The translations under genes were made by a program, and so were the position numbers. From a bacterium (GTDB lineage: Bacteria > Patescibacteriota > Minisyncoccia > Phycocordibacterales > UBA2100), in NCBI GenBank assembly GCA_009924895.1, contig RFQR01000003.1, forward strand, positions 1,066-65,065: a stretch of DNA of 64,000 nt, written 5' to 3'. Under the pieces are notes generated by a model that saw nothing but the letters and a program-made list of their open reading frames with translations, had not been told where the DNA came from and did not search any database. This document shows, piece by piece, positions 57,536-64,000 of this stretch (position 1 is the stretch's first letter; every line of letters begins with the position of its first letter).

Positions 57536-57592
57536 AAGGGTAGAGACTAGTGAATAGCCACTAGGATATAGGAAAAACAGCAAGTCGGGAAG

Positions 57593-58161
57593 ATGCGATA
57601 CACTTTGAGCCATATAATTCCGTGGATTTTAGGACTTTGCCTTCTTGCGTTTCAGGCGACCGTTTTGTTTCTCAAGGTTCAGCCATCTATTTGTGCATGT
57701 GGGTATGTTGCGTTGTAGCACGGTGAAGTACTTTCGAGTTGGAATTCACAGACCTTACCGATTGGTACACGTTTTCTCACGTTATCCACGGCTTTTTGTT
57801 CTATCTCTTGTTCTGGTATTTATTCCCAAGACGTAGTGTGTGGCAAAGGCTTCTCATGGCGATGAGTCTTGAAACCGGGTGGGAACTTTTGGAAAACAGC
57901 CCCCTCATCATCGATCGCTACCGAGAAACTGCACTCGCGCTTGGCTATTCGGGAGACAGCATCATCAATTCAGTCAGCGACACGCTTGCAATGACGATGG
58001 GGTTCTTGGCGACTTCCCGAGTGAGCATGGGATACATTGTCACTCTCGCATTATTTTTTGAGGTATATACCGGCTACATGATTCGCGATAACCTTACACT
58101 CAATGTCGTGCAGCTCATTCATCCAAGTGAAGTAATTTCTCGGTGGCAAAGCAGCATCTAG
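57593..58161 (+). pseudogene. DUF2585 (UPF0314) family membrane protein, disrupted
   Basis: ICACGYVAL*HG..SSWNSQ then a 1-nt frameshift into LTDWYTFSHVIHG...WELLENSP..IDRYR..GYSGDSIINSVSD..IRDNLTLN; TAG at 57716. Confidence 0.8.
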
Positions 58162-58250
58162 ACATCAAGTGAGCCTGTCATGTTTTTGGGATAGTGCACC
58201 CCAATGTGTTCGTATCCTTTTTCGGTCACAGCGCGACCGCGGGGCGTGAG
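58158..58250 (-). pseudogene. Displaced, diverged copy of the ruvB 3' end
   Basis: Translates LTPRGRAVTEKGYEHIGVHYPKNMTGSLDV* versus Ruv[22 protein letters not shown]. Confidence 0.75.
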
Positions 58251-58351
58251 ATGGGGATGGGGCCCCATCGCAAGACCGGACTGAGCACAGGCGAAGGAGG
58301 TTGGGGTCGCACAACTCGCTAGCAAGCGAGTATGCGTGACCGCTCCAATCT

Positions 58352-59383
58352 TTATAGTAGTTTGGACTGCTTCTCTGTTGGTGGTAACTCGCCAATGTGC
58401 TCAAATCCCTTTTTTGTTACCACTCTTCCGCGTGGCGTTCGTTCAAGTAATCCCAATTGCATGAGATAGGGTTCGTTTACTTCTTCTACCGTAGCGTCTT
58501 CTTCGGAAAGGGAAGCTGCAATTGTCTTAAGTCCAACAGGACCGCCCCCAAATTTCTCTACTATAACCGTGAGAAGGTCACGATCTGTTTGATTGAGGCC
58601 CGCTTCGTCAATCTCAAGAAGTGCAAGCGCCTTTTTTACGGTCTTGATGTCGAGTGAGGTTCCCGACACATCGGCAAAATCGCGGGCACGTTTCAAAAGA
58701 TAGTTTGCGGTGCGAGGTGTTGCGCGCGAGCGGCGTGCAATTTCCATAAGCGACTCAGTATCTACCTCGATATCGAGAATTTTCGCCGAGCGTCGGATGA
58801 TTTCTGCAATTTCGTCCACTGTATAGTATTGCAATCGAAACGTGCCGCCCGAAAAGCGCGATCGCAGTGGCGCAGAGAGCATGGAAATGCGCGTTGTTGC
58901 CGCAACGAGTGTGAATGCGGGAAGCTCCAGTTGTACGGTGCGCGCTGAAGGACCTTTACCAATAACAATATCGAGCATGCCCGCTTCCATCGCGGGGTAG
59001 AGCACCTCCTCAATGGTCTTATTCAATCGGTGTACTTCATCAACAAACAAAACGTCGCCCGGTGAAAGGTTGGTGAGGATGGACGCAAGGTCACCGACGC
59101 GCTCAATTGCGGGGCCAGAGGTCGTACGAAGATTTGCGCCGATTTCTCGTGCAATCAGGTGGGCGAGAGTGGTCTTACCGAGACCAGGGGGACCATAGAG
59201 AAGCACATGCTCCGGTTGGTGCTTTCGTCCCTTTGCAGCAGTTAAAAGTATACGCAAGTTCTCTTTAATAGGTCCTTGACCCACGTACTGTTCCCACTGC
59301 GCAGGGCGCAAGGCCTGGTCGAGAGAGCGGGAATTTCCTTCGCTTTTCTCGAGCTCGGTTGAGGAGGAGGCTTGACTTTTCAT
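58352..59383 (-). CDS. ruvB: Holliday junction branch migration helicase RuvB
   Basis: [43 protein letters not shown]. Confidence 0.97.
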   Translation of the reverse strand: MKSQASSSTELEKSEGNSRSLDQALRPAQWEQYVGQGPIKENLRILLTAAKGRKHQPEHVLLYGPPGLGKTTLAHLIAREIGANLRTTSGPAIERVGDLASILTNLSPGDVLFVDEVHRLNKTIEEVLYPAMEAGMLDIVIGKGPSARTVQLELPAFTLVAATTRISMLSAPLRSRFSGGTFRLQYYTVDEIAEIIRRSAKILDIEVDTESLMEIARRSRATPRTANYLLKRARDFADVSGTSLDIKTVKKALALLEIDEAGLNQTDRDLLTVIVEKFGGGPVGLKTIAASLSEEDATVEEVNEPYLMQLGLLERTPRGRVVTKKGFEHIGELPPTEKQSKLL

Positions 59384-59524
59384 AAGGCATGTGATAGTAT
59401 TATAACAGATTTGCTTTATGCGCCACTACTTTTCCTAAGTCGAATTTGATTGGGAACACTTTGTCATTATATAAGCACGTTTCAGTGCGGGTTTTGTGTG
59501 TAAAAAGTAAGAGCGCACAAGTCG

Positions 59525-59659
59525 GGTACACAATTCTCTCATCGCGTGTGACATCGCCAAGGACGACGGCGGTTCTTGCCTTACGAGGCCTGTTGCGGCC
59601 TCCATCCTCAGGTTTCTGTTGCACCTTTTTCAAAAGAGCCGATGAGAGAATTGTACACC
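59525..59659 (-). ncRNA. Candidate structured ncRNA (about 135 nt) closed by a 20-bp stem
   Basis: GGTGTACAATTCTCTCATCG...CGATGAGAGAATTGTGTACC pairs fully (two G-U) only on the minus strand; internal hairpins. Confidence 0.5.
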
Positions 59660-59735
59660 TGAAATCAAAACTCAAAATCTGCGAAGACAATAACACTTCA
59701 ATATCGCCACGCAACATGTTTGTGTGGTGTATTGT

Positions 59736-61427
59736 TTATGCAATCGTTTCCAAGAGCACCTCGTCACGCAAATCTACAATTCGTCCAAGTTCATCAAGCG
59801 AGGTGATGCCTTGTAATACTTTTATCGCACCATCTTGCGCCATGCGGCGAATGTTTTGGTGGCGTGCTGCGTGCCAGATGACACGCTCTGATGCAGAGGT
59901 GCGCACCGCCCCTTCAATGTCTTTATCCATGAGAATTACTTCAACAACACCAAGGCGTCCTTTGTATCCAAGTCCGCCACATTTGTCGCAGCCTTTTGCA
60001 ACCCACATCGTGTCGCGATTTTCGGGAAGTCCTTCGGGGTGGGGAATTGTTGCTAAAAGCGGTGCAAGTGTCTTTGCGTCATCGCCCATAATCGGTTTTG
60101 CTTCGCGGCAGTGGGGGCAGAGTTTGCGCACGAGGCGTTGCGCCATCGCGACGGTAACCGCTGCACCCATGATGTCGGCGTTCACCCCCATGTCCAAAAG
60201 GCGTGGGAAGGTACCCGCCGCGTCGTTAGTGTGAAGCGTTGAGAATACCAAGTGACCAGTGAGTGCGGCATGCACGGCGGTTGCGGCAACTTCCGCATCG
60301 CGAATCTCACCCACCATAATGATGTCGGGATCTTGGCGCAAGGTCGAGCGAAGTCCGGAGGCAAACGTGTAATCGCGTGATACCTGAGTCTGCACGATGC
60401 CCGGCAAGTGGTATTCAATCGGGTCTTCAATCGTGATTATTTTGATGCCCGGCTCAGACACCTGGCGCAAAAAAGCGTAGAGTGTCGTTGTTTTACCGCT
60501 TCCGGTGGGCCCTGTGTTCAAAATCAAGCCATTTGGCTTCTGAATCTCTTTTTTGAAAATGTCCATGAGATAGGTATCAAAGCCGAGCGCATCCATGGGA
60601 AGTGCGATTGTTTTAGGATCCAAAATACGCATGACGATGGTTTCGGCTGCGTTACTCGGCAACACGCTGGTACGAATTTCCATCTCACGTTCATTAACCA
60701 CAATGGAGAATCGCCCGTCTTGTGCGGCATTTTTAATGTTGAGTTTGAGGCCAGAGAGGAGTTTGAGGCGCGCAGCAATCAGTGAATAGGTAGGATAATC
60801 AAACGTAAGAGTTTCGACCAACACGCCATCGAGTCGATATCGCATGCGCACCTGTGTCTCTTCGGGCTCGAGGTGCACGTCGGAGGCTCCGAGGGAAAGC
60901 GCACCCGCCATCATAATTTCAAGAATTCGTGAGACGCGGTGTGTGTCTTTGCTGCTCGCATTGTCTACAATCATGTCGCGCAGTTCATTGAGCGTATGCA
61001 CTTGCTCGAGTGTTTTTTGGATAGTTTCGTTCGAAAGCGTCAGAATACCTGCTTCCGACTCAGTAGCAAACGAGAGGTCCTTGTACCGTTCCCATGCATG
61101 CTCAAGCGACGCTTTCGAGGCGATAAAGTGCTTGGTGGTGTACCCAAGCCGCTCAAGTTCCTCGAGAGCCTTCAATGAGTCCGCACGCTCGGGGGAGCGC
61201 ATTGCGACCATGATGCGCTTGTTTACTTTATGAAACGCCGCAACCTCAGTCATGCGCGCTCGTTCCTCGGGGATGAGGCGCAGCGCATCTGTCTCAATTG
61301 ATTTACGGGTGAGGTCGACGTATTCAACGTTGTATTTGGCGGCAAGCATTTCTGCAAGCTGTTCTTCTTCTATACGGCGGAGCTCTTCAAGCCGCTCATC
61401 GCGCTTTGATTCGTCAAACTGAGTCAT
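59736..61427 (-). CDS. pilB: GspE/PilB type IV pilus assembly ATPase
   Basis: ASDVHLEP, QDGRF, TGPTGSGKTTTLY, EDPIE, LRQDPD, GHLVFSTLH, CPHC..CDKC. Confidence 0.9.
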   Translation of the reverse strand: MTQFDESKRDERLEELRRIEEEQLAEMLAAKYNVEYVDLTRKSIETDALRLIPEERARMTEVAAFHKVNKRIMVAMRSPERADSLKALEELERLGYTTKHFIASKASLEHAWERYKDLSFATESEAGILTLSNETIQKTLEQVHTLNELRDMIVDNASSKDTHRVSRILEIMMAGALSLGASDVHLEPEETQVRMRYRLDGVLVETLTFDYPTYSLIAARLKLLSGLKLNIKNAAQDGRFSIVVNEREMEIRTSVLPSNAAETIVMRILDPKTIALPMDALGFDTYLMDIFKKEIQKPNGLILNTGPTGSGKTTTLYAFLRQVSEPGIKIITIEDPIEYHLPGIVQTQVSRDYTFASGLRSTLRQDPDIIMVGEIRDAEVAATAVHAALTGHLVFSTLHTNDAAGTFPRLLDMGVNADIMGAAVTVAMAQRLVRKLCPHCREAKPIMGDDAKTLAPLLATIPHPEGLPENRDTMWVAKGCDKCGGLGYKGRLGVVEVILMDKDIEGAVRTSASERVIWHAARHQNIRRMAQDGAIKVLQGITSLDELGRIVDLRDEVLLETIA

Positions 61428-61456
61428 AGTGGTTATTGTAGCGTATCGAACGTACA

Positions 61457-61891
61457 ATGAAGTCCATGAATGCACATGATGAGCAGTCTCTCGTACGCGA
61501 GGCGTGCAGCTTTGTGAGCGCACTGGTGCCGAGTGAGCATGCGGTTGTCGTGACCCTCTCGGGTGATTTAGGCACGGGTAAGACGACGTTTGTTCGTGCC
61601 ATGCTTCAAGAACTCGGAGTCCTTGGCGCCGTCATCAGCCCGACATTTGTCCTTGAACGTATCTATTATCCAACGAGAGGTCTGTTCAAAAAGGTGGTGC
61701 ATATTGATGCGTACCGACTAACCAGCGCTCACGAGCTTGAGGCCCTCGGGTGGCGCGACATCCTTGCCGAGCGCGACACGCTCATTCTTTTGGAATGGCC
61801 AGAGATGGTAGCGGACCTCATACCGAAAGAAGCGAAACGAGTTACACTTGCTTTTGTAGAGGATACAAAACGCACGCTTATCTATGGCTGA
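61457..61891 (+). CDS. tsaE: t6A biosynthesis ATPase TsaE
   Basis: LSGDLGTGKTTF, SPTF, HIDAYRL, LEW. Confidence 0.93.
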   Translation: MKSMNAHDEQSLVREACSFVSALVPSEHAVVVTLSGDLGTGKTTFVRAMLQELGVLGAVISPTFVLERIYYPTRGLFKKVVHIDAYRLTSAHELEALGWRDILAERDTLILLEWPEMVADLIPKEAKRVTLAFVEDTKRTLIYG

Positions 61892-64000
61892 AAAAACAAA
61901 ACTCGTTTTGCTGGATTCGCATGCGATTTTACATCGCGCATACCATGCGCTGCCTGATTTTGCCTCCGCAAAAGGAGAGGCAACGGGCGCGCTCTATGGC
62001 CTTGCCGCGATGCTTATAAAAATCGCCCAGGAACTTAAGCCTGACTATATTGTTGCCTGCCGCGATCTTCACGGAAAAACACATCGTCATACCGTCTACG
62101 CTGACTACAAGGCAACGCGCGCACAAGCAGAAGACGCGCTCATCGAGCAGCTCAAAAAGGCACCAGAAGTATTTGCCGCTTTTGGCATCCCCGTCTTTTC
62201 TGCGGCAGGGTACGAGGCGGATGATTGTCTCGGCACCATCGTGCATCAGCTCAAACATAAAAAGAACATCGAGATTATCATCGCAACAGGAGACATGGAC
62301 ACACTGCAGCTCGTCGGCGACAACGTGAAAGTCTTCACGCTGCGCAAAGGGCTCAATGATACGATTATGTACGATAGCGCCGGCGTGCGTGAACGGTACG
62401 GTTTTGGGCCAGAGCATGTAACCGACTACAAAGGTTTGCGCGGCGATCCGTCGGATAACATTAAAGGAATAAAAGGGATTGGCGAAAAGACGGCGACTGA
62501 TTTAATACAGGCGTTCGGTTCGATTGAGGAGCTCTACAAAGTGCTTGAGAAAAGCGAGCAGAAGTTTCTCGATGCTGGCGTAAAGCCGCGTATCATAGAG
62601 CTTTTGAAAGCGGGGAAATCCGATGCGGAATTTTCAAAAAAATTAGCGACTATCAGCCACGACGCGCCGATATCCTTTGCGCTCCCAGAGCATGTATGGC
62701 GCATGTCTGATTATGCGGAAACTATAGTGAAGATGTGCGACGAACTCGACTTTAAGTCACTCAAAGAGCGCGTAAAAAAACAAATAGAAAAACACGCACC
62801 CACGAGCGCCTCGCTCAGCCTCTTTGGCGCAGAACCCGAGCCAGTCAGGCAAGATGTCGATCCTGCTCGGCTCCAAGAAACATCAGTTGCCTGTTGGTTG
62901 GTAAGGTCGGATGTCAGTAACCCGTCACTTGAGGACATACTGCGCTACGCCAAAGTTTCTGACTTTGAACAAGCGCGAACTATTATTTTTAGAGACTTAA
63001 AACAAACGGGGAAACTGCAGGAAGTGTTTGACACGATTGAGAAACCGCTCATCCCGGTCGTCAATCAGATGAACAAAAATGGTATTAAGATCGATGTTCC
63101 TCACATGAAGGGTTTGGTCAAGGAGTATAGCGGCGAACTTAAGAAAATCTCTGTGCGTATTTACAAACATGCTGGACATGAATTTAACATTAATTCGACG
63201 CAGCAGCTTGCAACGGTTTTATACGACGAGCTTCGCATCTCGCTTCCCAAACAAAAGAAAACTGCAACCGGCGCACGCACCACGCGCGAAGAAGAGCTAC
63301 AGAAAATGGCGGACCAACACCCTGTTATTGCCGACGTGCTCGCGTATCGTGAATTGCAGAAGTTAGTCTCAACGTACGTCGAAAAAATACCGAAGCTCGT
63401 AGCGGCGGATGGACGTTTATATACGACATTTGTGCAGGCGGGGACAACGACGGGTCGTATGGCGTGCGAAGAACCAAATTTGCAGAACATTCCTATCAAA
63501 ACCGAATACGGTCGTCGGATTCGCGAGGGTTTTGTAGCACGTAAAGGATTCTCACTTGTTGCGCTCGACTATTCACAAATAGAATTACGCATTGCGGCGG
63601 GTATTTCCGGCGATACGCATCTTGTCGATGCGTTTAAAAAAGGCGAGGATATTCACCGTGCTGTTGCGGCACAAGTCTTTAATGTTCCCGCCGAAAAAGT
63701 AGATGCAGAAATGCGTCGTAAAGCAAAGGTGATCAACTTTGGCATCCTCTATGGTATGGGGGTGAGTGCCTTGCGCGCAGCGCTCGGCACGGAAACGTCG
63801 CGCGAAGAAGCTTCGCGATTTATGGATGAGTACTTTGCAAAATTTCGTGGCCTCGCAAGCTATATCGAACATGCAAAAGTACTCGCAAAACGTCGTGGAT
63901 TTACCGAAACCATCTTCGGTCGCCGAAGGTACTTGCCCGGGCTTCAATCGCCCCTGCCAAACATCCAGGCACAAGCAGAACGTTTTGCGATTAACGCCCC
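61884..64000 (+). CDS. polA: DNA polymerase I (3' truncated by window; not in ORF track)
   Basis: Hand translation MAEKTKLVLLDSHAILHRAYHALP, GYEADD, GDPSDNIKG, TTGR, PNLQNIP, DYSQIELR, AKVINFGILYGMG. Confidence 0.95.
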   Translation, partial: MAEKTKLVLLDSHAILHRAYHALPDFASAKGEATGALYGLAAMLIKIAQELKPDYIVACRDLHGKTHRHTVYADYKATRAQAEDALIEQLKKAPEVFAAFGIPVFSAAGYEADDCLGTIVHQLKHKKNIEIIIATGDMDTLQLVGDNVKVFTLRKGLNDTIMYDSAGVRERYGFGPEHVTDYKGLRGDPSDNIKGIKGIGEKTATDLIQAFGSIEELYKVLEKSEQKFLDAGVKPRIIELLKAGKSDAEFSKKLATISHDAPISFALPEHVWRMSDYAETIVKMCDELDFKSLKERVKKQIEKHAPTSASLSLFGAEPEPVRQDVDPARLQETSVACWLVRSDVSNPSLEDILRYAKVSDFEQARTIIFRDLKQTGKLQEVFDTIEKPLIPVVNQMNKNGIKIDVPHMKGLVKEYSGELKKISVRIYKHAGHEFNINSTQQLATVLYDELRISLPKQKKTATGARTTREEELQKMADQHPVIADVLAYRELQKLVSTYVEKIPKLVAADGRLYTTFVQAGTTTGRMACEEPNLQNIPIKTEYGRRIREGFVARKGFSLVALDYSQIELRIAAGISGDTHLVDAFKKGEDIHRAVAAQVFNVPAEKVDAEMRRKAKVINFGILYGMGVSALRAALGTETSREEASRFMDEYFAKFRGLASYIEHAKVLAKRRGFTETIFGRRRYLPGLQSPLPNIQAQAERFAINA

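Noticed and set aside
304-57718. Stop-codon reassignment (code 25 or amber readthrough) suggested by in-frame stops at 625, 13279, 29609 and 57716
   Set aside because: The interrupting codons differ (TGA, TAA, TAG, TAG), and TGA, TAG and TAA all terminate intact core genes (dnaA, pcrA, clpP, rny). Pseudogenisation or sequence error is simpler.
59580-59615. Hammerhead ribozyme (minus-strand CTGAGGA..stem..GTAA)
   Set aside because: The invariant GAAA is GTAA, two extra nucleotides precede stem II, and stems I and III could not be built.
59400-60234. ORFs 59400..59717 (-) and 59446..60234 (+), plus many other overlapping or antisense ORFs in the track
   Set aside because: They are shadows of well-supported genes or of the structured intergenic region, with no motifs.

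Overview
Origin-proximal chromosome segment of a Candidate Phyla Radiation bacterium (Patescibacteria, most likely Parcubacteria/Paceibacteria). The assignment is inferred from the FKBP-less trigger factor, short YebC, mostly Shine-Dalgarno-less starts and the PrgI/VirB4/VirB6-like cluster. Code 11 applies because TGA ends core genes. The window holds the jag-yidC-rnpA-rpmH / dnaA-oriC-dnaN block, many housekeeping genes (nusA end, ppa, tig, clpP, rny, HU, cca, xth, xer, rarA, rpsO, pnp, comM, prs, intein-bearing pcrA, rsmA, PBP1A, ruvC, yebC, ruvB, pilB, tsaE, polA start), four tRNAs and two toxin-antitoxin pairs. Most notable observations: (1) a family of about 140-200 bp structured elements sits directly 3' of all four tRNAs, with a shared core, an antisense segment matched to its own tRNA, and in two cases an exact 23-bp duplication of the tRNA 3' end starting in the T-loop; two of these tRNAs are directly preceded by paralogous HTH + LAGLIDADG-like genes; (2) a two-gene operon encodes an alphaproteobacterial-type SciP and a receiver-less CtrA DNA-binding domain; (3) a displaced, diverged ruvB 3' end; (4) a full and an empty copy of a four-helix-bundle cassette; (5) a parS cluster next to four DnaA boxes phased at 10 bp, about 40 kb from dnaA. 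All calls were made by eye, with no database search or folding computation.
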